Shown piece after piece: positions 1 through 12,818 of a stretch of 64,000 nucleotides of DNA. The DNA is from Basidiobolus meristosporus CBS 931.73 (taxonomy: Eukaryota > Fungi > Basidiobolomycota). Positions within the stretch are counted from its first letter, which is position 1; each line of letters opens with the position of its first letter. The notes under the pieces are model-generated. The model saw nothing but the letters and a program-made list of their open reading frames with translations, was not told the origin of the DNA and did no database searches. Where the stretch lies: contig MCFE01000156.1 in assembly GCA_002104905.1 (NCBI GenBank), positions 62,001 through 126,000 on the forward strand, written 5' to 3'. A program made the translations under genes and the position numbers.

Positions 1-313
1 TAGTATATGTTTAGGTTATCAGTATATCAGTATTATCTATGAAATCAGTAGCATTAGTCAGCAAATGAATCAGCAGATCCTTATCAGACAGAAATAGATA
101 TATTAAGTAGGATCTTATTGGGTGATGATGATGCAATCAAATGAGTCATCAGCCACAACCTACATTAGGAAATACAATTAGTCAGCAATTGAACTGGCAA
201 AATGTATATAAGGAGCTGCTGGAACCTCAATAAAAATCAGTTCAAGTTTTAGTGAATACAATACTAGCTAAACTCCCTATTCCTCTACAACTCTTATACC
301 AAGACTTGTAACA
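1..313 (+). repeat. Ty3/gypsy family A LTR, 5'-truncated by the window edge (3' LTR or solo LTR)
   Basis: Near-identical to the 368-bp LTRs at 7881-8248, 12451-12818, 19171-19538 and 23740-24107. Ends in ...gacttgtaaca and is followed by CACTA-unit sequence, not by the PBS TGGTAGCAGCG. Confidence 0.95.
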
Positions 314-634
314 GATGACCCACCAGAGTAAGCATCATGAATAAAGTTGTGGTGTCACATACACATGTATATGTAACACTATTTCCCCTTTGGTATGACT
401 TACTTCCATGTATATACTGCCACAAAATAAAGCAAGTTGTCAGGTTCCCAGCTAAGCTCCACCACCAACAGCAGCAAAAGAATGGTTAGAAACATCTTGC
501 TGTGACAATTGGTGTAATAAACAAAGCTACATCCAAAAAAGGCCATGCTGACAGTGTGCCCACTGAAGGCAATAATGCAGACTCCTCAGGCTTTCAGTCA
601 AGCAGGTAATTGAGAACCTCTAAAGAGCCACAAT
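314..634 (+). mobile_element. Fragment of the CACTA-like unit (divergent spacer plus 5' end of ORF-A)
   Basis: High-identity inverted match to ~5377-5697; homologous to ~7210-7530 and ~26520-26840. Confidence 0.8.
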
Positions 635-641
635 TGGGTGC

Positions 642-1702
642 TGTGGTAGTGTATAAGTACAAGGGAGGGATATGTCCAACACTTCTCAAGTGTTATGTGT
701 TAGGTGTTCACTGAATGCAATAATCTCTGGCAAAAGCTTGCTAGGAATACTTGGGTTCTGTCTCTAATCTAATGTGATGGAGAACAAAGCCATAAGCTTT
801 TCAAGGGAAAATTATTGAGCTACAATCCCTAACTTAATTGGCATCTTAACAAAAGTATGTTCTGGGTTCAGCGTCCTTTGAGATGGTAATATCCTTGGGC
901 TTCCATAGTTGAATAACTGTAAACTCCACAAGCACGGACTTGATATGAATACAGCTATGGTCAATAGTTACAATGACAGAAAGTATCTTTGCCTGTACAA
1001 AAACAAACTTGGGAAAGAATCAAATATTATAAAAGATACCTACACTGAGTATTCCTCACAAGTAGTGCCTCCAAGGTCAGTTGGCTGTCAACATGGTTCC
1101 CTGGAAGTATCCTGTTGTGTGGATTGGAAGCTCAGGTAGCAGCAAGTAGCAGTGATCACACTGACAAACAAGTTGGCTTATTGAAAAAAGGGATGATGAT
1201 TTATTGTTCAGGGATTGCCTCCCTTACTTACTTTTCTCATTGGCAAAGTGATTACTAATCATGGAGTTCCAGAAGGTTCCAGATATCCATTGAAGTTATA
1301 TTGACATTAGAATGACCTGAGAATGTTTTAAGTATGTGCCAGAAGGATCCAAGAGGAACAGCACATGCCACCAATCAGGAATCAATTTATGTAACCTGTG
1401 TAACATAGGGATACCACCTATTGTATGAAATGGTAGGGGTGGTGACACATTTGGTCATGTGTAATGGGTACTGGCACAGGCACTTGCCTGATATAGATGT
1501 ATTTGCTTCTAGCAATCTTAGATAAAGTGAGGGATAACTTATGCAATAAGGTAAGCAGGCAGGATAGTAAAGCGGCTTATGTATAGTATTGATCAAGTAA
1601 GATAAATGTGATAAATCTAACATCAGGGTAGTAGTAAAAAAGGGAGGTAGAGGTATAGGAATGAGTACATATGTCAGTGGGTGTCACTATAAACCCACTA
1701 CA
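642..1702 (-). repeat. Solo LTR of gypsy family B (~1.06 kb)
   Basis: Colinear homology with 28154-29223, which abuts a PPT. TG...CA termini (tgtggtag...ccactaca). Flanks are GTGC and GCAT. Confidence 0.85.
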
Positions 1703-1989
1703 GCATGGCATTGCAGCTACCAGTAGGCAGGATTACTCTGGGGCAATCTTGCACTATGTGGGCTGATCTTGCACACTATTAAACAATCTTACATAATGAG
1801 GTTGTCACAGACAATTGAGACAACTTATAATATTTATATTACATGTACAATTGGATGCCATTATTGTGGTAGGTAAAATCCAGCACTTAGATATGTATTT
1901 TTAATGTAAATTGAAATAAATGTGTATCAAACTATAAATTACACTGATACTTACAATTTTGGTAACTACCACTCCAATTGAGCTTCATG

Positions 1990-2695
1990 TCAATGGCTGA
2001 TTGGTCCAAGAATATCCTGAAGCTCTTAGCCCCCAATAGGCTCATTGAGCAGTACACAAGCTACCTGATTTGCCATTCAATATCCCATTTTGCCCATTGA
2101 GCAAGTAAATCCCTGATCTTTGTGATTGGACAATGTGTCATAGCAAGCATGCAACCAAAAGTGAAGGTGCATATTGGATCAATTAGCTGCACTGGTGTTG
2201 TATATGATGTATAAATGCGCAGAGTATTTATTATAGGGGCTCTCTCTCAAAGGTGAGGCAACTTTGATATCACCTACAACAAGAATTTAGTGCTCACTGA
2301 TTTGCAATGGCTTGATTTGAATTGCAAAAAAACTACATTATTTGGATCCTGAAAATGGTAACAATCTAATGCAATTGCAGCATCTTTGAGTTTTTTTCTG
2401 ACAGGGATTGTTAATGAAGCATTTGGTAGTGATCTACTTTGCACATATGTAATACTTCCTTGTTGACTACCAGCTTGGATACTTGCGTAATTGTAGTAAG
2501 TATTTTACCTCCTTGTTAATGAGCACAATGCTGAAGTTTGGCCCCACTGAATTGCCCTGGACAATAAAATGAAACCAGCCTGAAGTGCCACATGGTGCTG
2601 CATTCTTTCACTTGCCAAAGGCTCCAGTGGTGAAGGTACTTGATCTGTATTGTTGTTAGTCAGTTCACAAGAAGTAACTTGCTGATGTTCAGGTG
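1990..2695. mobile_element. Inverted fragment of the CACTA-like unit: downstream end of the transposase region plus 3' part of ORF-X (boundaries approximate)
   Basis: Reverse-complement homology to ~17975-18690, e.g. 2290-2380 vs 18300-18390 and 2400-2690 vs 17975-18295. Confidence 0.75.
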
Positions 2696-2819
2696 ATGCT
2701 TCAGTTGTACCTCAATTGCCAATCATATTGACCTATTCAAGGCCCAATACCTTACACTAACATTAAGTCCAACCCCACACTCAACAAGTAACTCCATTAA
2801 GATCCACCACTCAGTAAGT

Positions 2820-5590
2820 ATTTATGCTGTAATGCTCTGGTTCCATAATTTTGGTTGGAACCCAGCAGTTTTATGCCATTGCTCATTCACCGGTTCCCAC
2901 ATATCCTTGTCTTCAGCCAGCACTGCAAGGTCTAGCACCTCATCTGCCAGTCTTTGCAATAAATCTTTGTAATATTCCAGTGTGTTTTGTTGAGCATTGC
3001 ATTTGAAGAAGCGCTGCAACCTCTTAATTTGCCTGCCTATTAACATTAAAAAATTTCACTGAAGGCATTGTAATAATCTGTTGAGCTCTTGATGTTGTAG
3101 CCTTGTCTGTCAGTGTGATCACCACTCTGTCAACAATGGAGGAAATGGAGTCTATGGTAGACAAATTGCCTTCTTCTGCAAACGCATGTACCTTGCTGGA
3201 GTGTAGTGCAACTGGCTGTGCTTCCAACTCTTGTGAAAATTGCTCTTTTATTGTTGGTAGTTCTTCTTGGCTATGATGGGATTCAGTCTGTTCTAGGCTT
3301 GCTGCATTAATTGGCAAGAACTGCAGTTTTTTTGCATACCACCCTGTCTCAGGCTTGTGTAGATACATTTCACTTTACCTTTTCCTTTATCACTGCCAGG
3401 TGTTTTACTGCTGCTATGTCAGAGTGCTTCTTGTAATGAACTACAATTTCTCCTTGATAAATTCTGTTCTGATTCATCTGTTTTGGCCAGCTTGTCTTAT
3501 GCTGGCACACTTTGGGTAACTTGACGTTTGTTTTCTGCTTGTATTGAGCTCTCAACTGTAGTTGTGACAAGCTCCTGTAAAAGCTCCTGGCTTTTACCAC
3601 TTCCAGGTCCTTCACTCCCACTTTGACTGGGTGCTTCTTGAGTGATACTGCGTTTTTCCTTCATATATGTTGTGCTGGTGCATCTGTGGCTGCTGGTTCT
3701 TATCACTGCCAGGTTCTTCACCACCACTTTGACTGGGTGTTTTTTCAGTGGTGCTACACTTTTTTCTTGATAAATGTTGTGCTGGTACATGCTGTGTCTG
3801 CCTGCTTGTCCCTACTTGGCACTCTTCCAGCTACCGGACGTCTCTTTGACACTTGTCAGGAGCTTTTGGCTCTGCTTGTAACAGACTCTTCAGGAAGCTG
3901 CTGGTTTTTAGCCATGGCACCCTTGTTCTTCTTCCTTAAATAGCTTATGCCATTCTGAAGATACCCTCTTGGCATACCAATGATGGCCCAAAATCTGTTT
4001 GCACAATTTAATCCAGGATAATGCTCATGGAACAAGTCAAGTGTGTTCTGCTTGGCCTTAAGTTCCTAATGGTCCCAAATTATGCTGGCCTTAAGGTGAT
4101 GACATGCTAGACTTCTGATGGCCTCTAGGATGTCAGCCAACTCTTCATTGTTGCACTCAATGGCTTCACAGATTTTCAATGTCATTTGATTTTTAGGCTT
4201 AGGTATAAACACCATATTAGACTTGTTCCATTGGTTATTGCCACATTGAGTCATGAGTGCCAAAAGATGCCATAGTGTCCCAGGGAGGCCAAGTGAGCCT
4301 ATACTTGGCCACAAAGTGTGAAACATAGCTCTGCATCTTCATGCAAAGCAGCCCATGTGTTTCACCCATTGTACTAGAGAAAATCCTTTTTTTGACTTTT
4401 TTTTTTGGATCAACATTGTTCAGGATGTGTGAGAGCACAGAATGACAGAAGACATGCCTCTGATACTCAACACCCGTGGCACTTTGAATCTAGCTCTTGT
4501 GGCTTGTACCATGTCACAAAAATGCTTGCACTATCTTGGTCCCCTGGTCCTATTGGGCACTCTGAGTGCTTTATATAGGTCTTACTTTAGGGCTAATCTT
4601 TAAATATAGTGCCTGATAGTACCAGTGGACCAGGATAGTGCCATGCATTTTTGTGACATGATACAAGCTACAGGAGCTAGACTCAGAGTGCCATGGGTGT
4701 AGAGTACCAGATGCATGTCTTCAATTATTTTGTGCTCTCACACTTCCTGAGCAATGTTGATTCAAAAAAAAGGGCAAAAAATGGACTTTCTCTAGTACAA
4801 TGGGTGAAACACAGGGGCTGCTTTGCATGAACATGCAGAGCTATGTTTCACACTCTGTGGCTAAATACAGGGTCACTTGGCCTCCTTGGCACACTATGGT
4901 ATCATTTGGCACTCATGGCGCAATGTGGCACCATCCAATGGAACAAGTTGATTGTCTCCCTCTCATCCTGCAATAGGTTTGTCTCTGGGCTTTATCTTTG
5001 GACAATGTTGTTGTGCTGCAAGGACTCCACAGTATCCCTCTGCTGTTACATTGGGAAATGGCTCAATAGTTAGCTTTGACATTAAGCCACTAGTGTTCCT
5101 TCTTTACAGCAAAGACACTGCTTTCTCTACTTGTGATATTGATAGCTCTGCACATATTATCTGCTCATCCTGTTTCTAGACTATTTCCTGATTTTTATGG
5201 GCCATTGCATCTATCCTCTCAGCCACTGCACCTAATTGCGGTATTTATGCTGTGGTATGAGCTGACAACATACTTGATAGTTTGGGTAGTGGTGATGTTA
5301 TGAGGCCACTTGCTGGTCTTGAACCAAGGGTACTGCGGTTGCTTCATTCTCATCTGCCTGAGCCTGATGGTCAACTTGTGGCTCTTTAGAGGTTCTCAAT
5401 CACCTACTTGACTGAAAGCCTGAGGAGTCTGCATTATTGCCTTCAGTGGGCGCACTGTCAGCATGGCCTTTTTTGGATGTAGCCCTGTTTGTTACACCAA
5501 TTGTCACAGCAAGATGTTTTCTAACCATTCTTTTGCTGCTGTTGGTGGTGGAGCTTGGCTGGGAACCTAACAACTTGTTTTATTTGGTGG
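2820..5590 (-). pseudogene. Decayed ORF-A copy of the CACTA-like unit, interrupted by a fold-back MITE
   Basis: ORF fragments 2822-3046, 3024-3368, 3370-3621, 3497-3790 and the right part of 4066-4220 match the ORF-A pieces at 26622-28153 and 32266-32670 (FIPKPKNQ..ECNN..IRSLACHHLKA; RLQRFFK..AQ). Confidence 0.8.
4219..4950. mobile_element. Fold-back MITE (~730 bp) with ~330-bp inverted arms, Harbinger/IS5-like termini
   Basis: 4219-~4545 is the imperfect reverse complement of ~4625-4950. Starts AGACTTGTTCCATTGG. Removing it restores ORF-A (caccat-ATT-gtctccc), giving a 3-bp ATT duplication. Confidence 0.85.
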
Positions 5591-5789
5591 CAGTATATAC
5601 ATGGAAGTAAGTCATACCAAAGGGGAAATAGTGTTACATATACATGTGTATGTGACACCACAACTTTACTCATGATGCTTACTCTGGTGGGTCATCATTG
5701 AGTCTTACATTCAAGTAGGTGCAATGTCTCAAATACAAGACTTTCTTAAATTCACATCAGTATTGACCAAAAAGTGATATAACAGCGTT

Positions 5790-6450
5790 ACGTTGTTGAA
5801 GGTCAAACTGTTTGACCCATGCACAAGACTACTTGGATTTAACACTGTAAGAGAAGAGAAAAAAGACCATGTGGCTATTGTAGCAAGCCTCTCAGCCATG
5901 AAACATGCCAACATCATAGGAAGTATTACAAGGATCACAGCCAGTGTTTTGCCACACAAGTCATATTTGACCATTCATTGGTCACTACTGTAGCAATATT
6001 ATCTTGCTGGTCAGTTGATTCTTCTGTATTGGGACCTGGCCATCTTTGTCATCTTGTGCAAATTGAGTCAGGTGAACTTGTGACACCTTTAGACTCCCCT
6101 CAGCCTTTCGAATAGGGCACGCAAAGTGAGAGCTCAGAAGCAGAAGGTTCACTGATGGACTGCAAGCCTATCATTCCTAACAACAGTACCATGTATGAGC
6201 CTGGTCATATCTCTATATGCAATGAGATAACACCTGTTGAAACAAAGGCCAAAGATACTTAATAGAGCCAAGTGAGCCCAGTAATCCATCTACTGGTAAA
6301 TGATGCAATGTTGTGGCTAGTGAAGTGGCGCATTTCCACTGATATCAGTAATGGGGGCTTTGAAGATTTATTACTACTTCTTGCCAATATTTTTCTGGGA
6401 TTCAACTTACCATACACATGGTACAAGTGGACAACTATCATGAGGTACAT
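5790..6450 (+). pseudogene. 5' part of the CACTA transposase, truncated
   Basis: ORF 6272-6592 begins PVIHLLVNDAMLWLVKWRISTDISNGGFEDLLLLLA, homologous to 25579-25947 (-). Confidence 0.8.
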
Positions 6451-6975
6451 TCAAAAGTCTGAGTCAAAAGCAAGGCATGTTGAAGCAGCGATTGGAATTC
6501 CAATATTTTATCAAAGAAACTATTGTCTGATGAATATGCCCCCTGAGATATGTAATGCAATTGGCCACCAAGTTCAGGCTACAAGTTCCTAAAACAATGT
6601 TAAACAAATGGTGTTAAGCTATCAATCAGGGAGACAAGTCATGGATTCCATTAATACTCAAATGAGGATCTCCACTTCAGTTAAACAAGTACTTCATTGT
6701 ACAAATAACCCACTAAGTGAGTAGGTTAATGATTTAATTGATCAATTGGAGAACTGACGCTTAAGTTGGACTCTCAAAGTGTACCATCATCAAGCATCAA
6801 CAAGGCAAGACCAGAAAACCCCACAACAACCAGTATTTATCCACAGCACACCAAATATTGTGTGTATTGTGAATCTGCTGAACATAGCCATTATGGTTGT
6901 CAAATATTGCATATTGATATTGACAGTCGTAAAGTTATAATTGATTGCTATCAGAAGATCTGTGATAAACATTAG
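6450..6975 (+). pseudogene. Retrotransposon gag fragment with CCHC zinc knuckle (left boundary approximate)
   Basis: ORF 6766-6975 contains CVYCESAEHSHYGC = C-X2-C-X4-H-X4-C. Confidence 0.6.
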
Positions 6976-7880
6976 GCATGATCCTTGCAGTAATTCTTAG
7001 CCTCTCTGAGTGCTTAATGGCTGAGAGGCTTGCTACAATAGCAGCACTGTCTTTCTTCTCTTCTCTTATGGCATTGAATCAAAGTAGCCTTGTCCATGGG
7101 GCAAACAGTTTGGCACTCAACAACATAACTCTATTATACCACTTTTTAGTCAATACTCATGTGGATTATATACAGTCTGGTATTTGTAACATTGCACTTA
7201 AATGAATTTAATTTCAATATTGACCCACCATAGTAAGCATTGTAGATAAAATTGTGGCACCACATAAACATGTATATGTAACACTATTTCCCCTTTGATT
7301 TGACTCACTTCCATATATAAGCTGCCACAAAATAAAGCAAAGATGTCTGGTTTCCAACCAAACCCCACCGCTGACAGTAGCAGAGGAATGGATAGACAAC
7401 AGCTTGCTTTGACATTCAGTGCAATAATTTGGACTTCATCCACAAAAGGCCATTTTGACAGTGTGCCCACTGAAGGGATTAATGCAGACTCCTCAGGCTC
7501 TCAGTCAAGTAAGCAATTGAGAACCTCTGTGGAGATGCAAGCTGACTATTATGCTCAGGTAGACAAGAATGTAGCAAAAACAGTGCCCTCTGTTGAAGAC
7601 TAGCAAGTGGTTATCATAACATCACCACCACCTGCATAAGCAAGTATATTTTCAGCTCACACCAAAGCATTAATGAAGCAATCAGGTGCAGTGGCTAATA
7701 GCATACATGCAATGGCTAGGAGAAATCAGTAAAAAGTCCAGAAACAGAATAAGTAGATAACACATCTAGAGCAATCAATATCCCAGGTAGAGATAGCTGT
7801 ATCTCTGCTGCAAAGAAGGAACTCAAGTAGCTCATTGTCACAGCCAAGGATTGCACCATTTCCCAATGTAGCAGCAGAGG

Positions 7881-8248
7881 TGTTACAAGTCTTGGTATAA
7901 GAGTTGTAGAGGAATAGGGAGTTTAGCTAGTATTGTATTCACTAAAACTTGAACTGATTTTTATTGAGGTTCCAGCAGCTCCTTATATACATTTTGCCAG
8001 ATCAATTGCTGACTAATTGTATTTCCTAATGTAGGTTGTGGCTGATGACTCATTTGATTGCATCATCATCACCCAATAAGATCCTACTTAATATATCTTT
8101 TTCTGTCTGATAAGGATCTGCTGATTCATTTGCTGACTAATGCTACTGATTTCATAGATAATACTGATATACTGATAACCTAAACATATACTAATTGATT
8201 TGACTAAAAACTGATCTAACTTAAACATTCAAGCGGCAGATCATAACA
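7881..8248 (-). repeat. 3' LTR of intact Ty3 family A
   Basis: Matches 12451-12818; adjacent to the PPT. Confidence 0.97.
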
Positions 8249-8260
8249 TTCTCCCCTACT
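8249..8260 (-). other. Polypurine tract
   Basis: AGTAGGGGAGAA on the minus strand immediately before the 3' LTR; same motif at 23728-23739. Confidence 0.9.
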
Positions 8261-11200
8261 AAAGTTGAGAGAGTTCTCCTGAATCTCTTTTCTTGTGATA
8301 CCAATATCTTGATGGTTCAGTATTATCAGCAAGTCTTGCAAGCTTGAGTCTGTCCCTATGCACTAAGTCTTCCCGGATATTACCTTGCTTGTCCACCAGT
8401 TGGTAAGTTGCAAATGGACATTCTCTGATGATCTTGAATGGTCCTGTCCATTGTGGCTCAAACTTCTTCCGAGTGTTGTTTCTTAGCAATACAAAGTTCC
8501 CAACTGTCAATGCTTCTGGTGCTATAGTCTTATCAAATCTCTGCTTCATCTTTTCTGCACTTTGAGATACTTTGGTCTGTGCCTCTTGACGTCTTTGTTC
8601 CAGTTGCTGGTGTCTACTTGGCTGACTAAGTTCATCTTCTAAGGCATCTGTAAGCTTGGGTTGTGTGAGATCTCCTGGAATCCTAGGTTCACATCCATAA
8701 ACTAAGTAAAATGGTGATTGCTGGGTGGTGTTGTGTACTCTGACTCTGCATGCAAAGAGTGCTTGGTCTATATACTCATCCCATCTACTGACAACTCCAT
8801 TTGCATACTTAGTCAGCATTTTTCCAAATAATCCATTAAACCGCTCAGTGACTCCATTAGTTCTGGGGTGATATGCCGAGGTTTTCAAGTGTCTGATCTG
8901 CTGCATTTCCAGGTAAGCCTCTAATGTCTTTGCCATAAAGTTTGCACCTCTATCGGATAAGATCTCCACAGGGCATCCAAACTTCATCAGGATCTCATGG
9001 TAAATGAAACTTGCAACTTCTTGTTCACTGGCTATTGGTACGGCTTTAGCAACTGGCCATTTAGTGGCATGGTCAATAGCTACTAGGATCCAACGGTTAC
9101 ATTTCCTGGTAGTTGGCAGTCTTCCAATAAAGTCAATTCCCCATCTCTCAAATGGTCTTACAGGCTCCAAAGGGAAGAGTTCGGCAATTCTTTGTGGCTG
9201 GCCTTGATTGATTTGGCAGTTTGGGCATGTTTTTACTAGCTTCTCAATGTCTTGTTTCATTCTGGGCCACCATGCTCTGGCTTTTACAAGGCTATAGGTT
9301 CCTTCAATCCCAAGATGTCCATATCCATTGTGTAGCTTATGTATTAAATCCAGGCGAGCAACATAAGGACAATAGGCAATAGGGCTTCCATCAACAATTC
9401 GGTAGAGTGTTTCATCCTGTACAACAAATTTGCTGGCTTCATCCCGGATTATCTTCTTGATATCTTCATCCACCTCATTAGGAATGGCTTGGTCCTCCAA
9501 GTACTTTGGTAATAGGCTAGGCCAATCTGATTCATGCACCAAGTTGAGTTGTGCAACTTGATCTAATCTTGATAAGGCATCAGCAACCGTGTTGTTTTTT
9601 CCAGGGCAGTAGACAATCTCCAGGTCAAATTGCTGAATGTATTCACTCCATCTTGTCATTCTTCTAGAGAGTACCTTCTGAGTAAATATATACTTGAGGG
9701 AGGCATGATCAGTCTTCACAGTGCATTTGACTCCTTCAATATAGCATCTCCATGTCTTCAAACAGTGTATTATAGCAAGCATCTCCTTCTCATGGACTGG
9801 ATAGTTTTGTTCTGCTGAGTTCAGTTTCTTGGATTCAAAGGCAACAGGGTAGTCCTTTCCCTCGTGTTCTTGGCTCAGCACTCCACCAATTGCATAATCT
9901 GAAGCATCTGTGCATAGAGTGAACTCTTTTCTGAAGTCTGGTATTCTTAAGCTTGGTAACTTAGCAAGTTCATTCTTTAGCGTCTGGAAGGCAGTCTCAC
10001 AAGCTATGTCCCACTTGTAGGTATTCTCTTTCTTGAGGATATCAGTTAAAGGGGCTGCAATACTTGCAAATGACTTGACAAATCTCCGATAATAGGAAAC
10101 CATTCCAAGGAAGGATCTGAGTTCTGATATGCTATGGGGCTGCTTCAAATTCTTGATTACTTCCACCTTCTTGGGGTCTAAGGTTACTCCTGTGCTAGTC
10201 ACTATGTGTCCCAGATATTCTACGTGTTCCTTGAAGAATTCACACTTGGCTAGCTTGCCGTATAGCTTGTTCTCTCTTAGTTTCTTCAAGACCTTTTCAA
10301 TGTGCACCATGTGATCCTTTTCTGTCTTGCTGTATATCAATATGTCATCCAGGTAGATTATCACAAACTTGTCTAAGTACTCCTGAAAGACAGTCTGCAT
10401 CAGCGTCATGAATGTTGCAGGGGCATTAGTGAGGCCAAAACTCATGACTAAGTACTCGTAATGTCCATATCTGGTCCTGAATGCTGTCTTAGGGATATCT
10501 TCTGGTTTCACCCTAATCTGGTTGTATCCTGACATGAGGTCGATCTTGCTGAAAATAGTGGCTCCATTAAGTTGGTCCAAAAGCTCATCAATCCGAGGTA
10601 TGGGGTACTTATTCTTGACGGTAACTGAGTTCAGGGCTCTGTAGTCAATGCACATCCTAAGTGTTCCATCCTTCTTTTTCACAAAAAGCACTGGTGCTCC
10701 CCAAGGTGACTTGCTGGGCCTGATGTATCCTTGCTCCAATAGCTGATCAATTTGTTTCTTCATTTCCTCCAATTCCAATGGACTCATTCTGTAAGGTGTC
10801 TTGCTCACTGGAGGGCTATCTCCTGTGTCAATGGCATGATCCACGTCTCTGACTGGTGGTAGGCTTACAAGCTCATCTGGAAACACGTCTGAATATTTCT
10901 TCAAGAGAGTCTGGACCTGCTGGGGTGCTGGGATAGAGGAATCCTCCTGTAATACCGCCATGAGGAACATCTGGGTACCTTTTCTAAGTGCTCTACAGAA
11001 CTGGGTCTTGCTAAGTTCACTTGTCTCACACACACTGGAATTGACCAAGTTGAAATCCAGCCTGGCAGGTAATAGCTCATAGGTCTTGTTGTCTTTTTGG
11101 ATCTGAGTAGCATGGGTTCTCCAGTTGATTGATGGATTACGACAAAATAGCCAGGTTTTCCCAAGTACAAGGTCAAACTTGCAGTTCCCAAATATATAAG

Positions 11201-12392
11201 CCTGTAGGTCTTCTTCATAGTCATTGATCTTCATTCTTACTGGCTGGGTAATACGGTTGATTATGTGGGAGTTCCCATCTGCTGTGGAGACTGAAGTTGA
11301 TTTGGTAGGTTCCGAGTTGATTCCAGCTTTCAAAGCAAATTGCTCTGACATGTACTCATGCGATGCTCCTGAGTCAATCATGATCTTGGCAGGTACTCCA
11401 TTGATTGCTCCATTCAGGTACAATAACTTCCCTGAGTTTGAAGTCATTTGGGACAAGTACTCTTCTGTCATATGGAAGGTGAGTTCCGAGTCTTCTTCAA
11501 GCTCATCTTCCTCATTATTATGTTCATGGGATTCAATATGGTTGAAGGTTCTTGTTGGCTGGTGTCCATTTCTTCTATGAGGGCAGTATTTTGCAATATG
11601 TCCCTGCTGGTGGCAATTAAAGCAAAGTCCTCTCTTCTTGCATTCTTCTGAGGAGGGATTCTTCTGCATAGCGTCTATTTCCATTGGTACTGCTTCTGAT
11701 TGTCTTCTTTCATAATGATTATAGCCTTTCTGACTAGTCACTGTAGGCTTCCCAACTCCAAACATAGCTGAGTCATAGTCAATGGCAATCTTGATGGCTT
11801 CTTCAATAGTCTGAGGTCTTCGGTAATTGACTTCCTTGCGAGTTCTTTCTTTCAACCCATCAATAAAGTATTCAACTTGATCCAAGGGGTCCATTCTTTC
11901 AATTTGTCCAAGTAGACATCTGTACTCATAGATGTATTCTTGCACCATTCCTTTCTGTCTGAGTGTCTTTAACTTCCTTCTTAGTAGTGTCTGCTGGTGT
12001 GGAGGTTCAAAAGCATCCTGAATTTCCGACACAAACTCATCCCAGGTAGAGATTGTAGAGCATCCCATCATAGTAGCTGACCTGATCTTGTTGTGGTACC
12101 ACTGTAAAGCTGCATCTGCCAGGTAAGAAGCTGCATAATGCAACTTGCTCTCTGGAGCAATTCCTTTAGCTTTAAAAGCTTCTTCAATCTGAAAGAGCCA
12201 AGTTCCCAGGTTTTCATTGACTCTGCCATGGTACCGGTTGACCTTCACACTAAAGTTGCTCTTGATAGGGCTTTGCTGGCTCTGAGCCATGGTAGTCATT
12301 CCTTGTTGCTGTTGGCTGAGGATCTGGAGTAGCTGTTGCTGTTGGGCCAGGATTTGCTGCATGGCATTCTTCCATTCTTGATTGTCCGACAT
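8259..12392 (-). CDS. Ty3/gypsy Gag-Pol polyprotein, 1377 aa, single ORF
   Basis: Gag knuckle [14 protein letters not shown], protease MIDSGAS, RT YLDD, RNase [10 protein letters not shown], integrase HHCC + DFIG/SDRG/E and a C-terminal GPF motif. Order PR-RT-RH-IN. No chromodomain visible. Confidence 0.98.
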   Translation of the reverse strand: MSDNQEWKNAMQQILAQQQQLLQILSQQQQGMTTMAQSQQSPIKSNFSVKVNRYHGRVNENLGTWLFQIEEAFKAKGIAPESKLHYAASYLADAALQWYHNKIRSATMMGCSTISTWDEFVSEIQDAFEPPHQQTLLRRKLKTLRQKGMVQEYIYEYRCLLGQIERMDPLDQVEYFIDGLKERTRKEVNYRRPQTIEEAIKIAIDYDSAMFGVGKPTVTSQKGYNHYERRQSEAVPMEIDAMQKNPSSEECKKRGLCFNCHQQGHIAKYCPHRRNGHQPTRTFNHIESHEHNNEEDELEEDSELTFHMTEEYLSQMTSNSGKLLYLNGAINGVPAKIMIDSGASHEYMSEQFALKAGINSEPTKSTSVSTADGNSHIINRITQPVRMKINDYEEDLQAYIFGNCKFDLVLGKTWLFCRNPSINWRTHATQIQKDNKTYELLPARLDFNLVNSSVCETSELSKTQFCRALRKGTQMFLMAVLQEDSSIPAPQQVQTLLKKYSDVFPDELVSLPPVRDVDHAIDTGDSPPVSKTPYRMSPLELEEMKKQIDQLLEQGYIRPSKSPWGAPVLFVKKKDGTLRMCIDYRALNSVTVKNKYPIPRIDELLDQLNGATIFSKIDLMSGYNQIRVKPEDIPKTAFRTRYGHYEYLVMSFGLTNAPATFMTLMQTVFQEYLDKFVIIYLDDILIYSKTEKDHMVHIEKVLKKLRENKLYGKLAKCEFFKEHVEYLGHIVTSTGVTLDPKKVEVIKNLKQPHSISELRSFLGMVSYYRRFVKSFASIAAPLTDILKKENTYKWDIACETAFQTLKNELAKLPSLRIPDFRKEFTLCTDASDYAIGGVLSQEHEGKDYPVAFESKKLNSAEQNYPVHEKEMLAIIHCLKTWRCYIEGVKCTVKTDHASLKYIFTQKVLSRRMTRWSEYIQQFDLEIVYCPGKNNTVADALSRLDQVAQLNLVHESDWPSLLPKYLEDQAIPNEVDEDIKKIIRDEASKFVVQDETLYRIVDGSPIAYCPYVARLDLIHKLHNGYGHLGIEGTYSLVKARAWWPRMKQDIEKLVKTCPNCQINQGQPQRIAELFPLEPVRPFERWGIDFIGRLPTTRKCNRWILVAIDHATKWPVAKAVPIASEQEVASFIYHEILMKFGCPVEILSDRGANFMAKTLEAYLEMQQIRHLKTSAYHPRTNGVTERFNGLFGKMLTKYANGVVSRWDEYIDQALFACRVRVHNTTQQSPFYLVYGCEPRIPGDLTQPKLTDALEDELSQPSRHQQLEQRRQEAQTKVSQSAEKMKQRFDKTIAPEALTVGNFVLLRNNTRKKFEPQWTGPFKIIRECPFATYQLVDKQGNIREDLVHRDRLKLARLADNTEPSRYWYHKKRDSGELSQL

Positions 12393-12438
12393 CTTGAGGG
12401 TGTTTTCTTCTTTCTTCAGGAGGGAGGTTTCTGGTTAT

Positions 12439-12449
12439 CGCTGCTACCA
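12439..12449 (-). other. Primer-binding site TGGTAGCAGCG (3' acceptor end of initiator tRNA-Met)
   Basis: Directly follows the 5' LTR after one T. Complementary to a ...CGCTGCTACCA tRNA end, i.e. the A1:U72 initiator pattern. Same motif at 19540-19550. Confidence 0.85.
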
Positions 12450-12450
12450 A

Positions 12451-12818
12451 TGTTACAAGTCTTGGTATAAGAGTTGTAGAGGAATAGGGAGTTTAGCTAG
12501 TATTGTATTCACTAAAACTTGAACTGATTTTTATTGAGGTTCCAGCAGCTCCTTATATACATTTTGCCAGATCAATTGCTGACTAATTGTATTTCCTAAT
12601 GTAGGTTGTGGCTGATGACTCATTTGATTGCATCATCATCACCCAATAAGATCCTACTTAATATATCTTTTTCTGTCTGATAAGGATCTGCTGATTCATT
12701 TGCTGACTAATGCTACTGATTTCATAGATAATACTGATATACTGATAACCTAAACATATACTAATTGATTTGACTAAAAACTGATCTAACTTAAACATTC
12801 AAGCGGCAGATCATAACA
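12451..12818 (-). repeat. 5' LTR of intact Ty3 family A
   Basis: Matches 7881-8248. Confidence 0.97.

Larger units (their letters stand above)
7881..12818 (-). mobile_element. Full-length, apparently intact Ty3/gypsy LTR retrotransposon (family A, 4938 bp)
   Basis: Two 368-bp LTRs with no difference found by eye, TG...CA ends, 4-bp TSD GAGG, PBS, PPT and an uninterrupted gag-pol ORF. Confidence 0.98.

Noticed and set aside
909-1623. ORFs 909-1139 and 1387-1623 (and 28455-28727, 28899-29189) as genes
   Set aside because: They lie inside gypsy B LTRs and their frames are not conserved between the two LTR copies.
9004-12450. Short overlapping ORFs within the Ty3 elements (e.g. 9004-9207, 10901-11224, 11224-11580, 12250-12450) as extra genes
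   Set aside because: They are shadow frames of gag-pol, reproduced in the sister copy only because of sequence identity, with no motifs.
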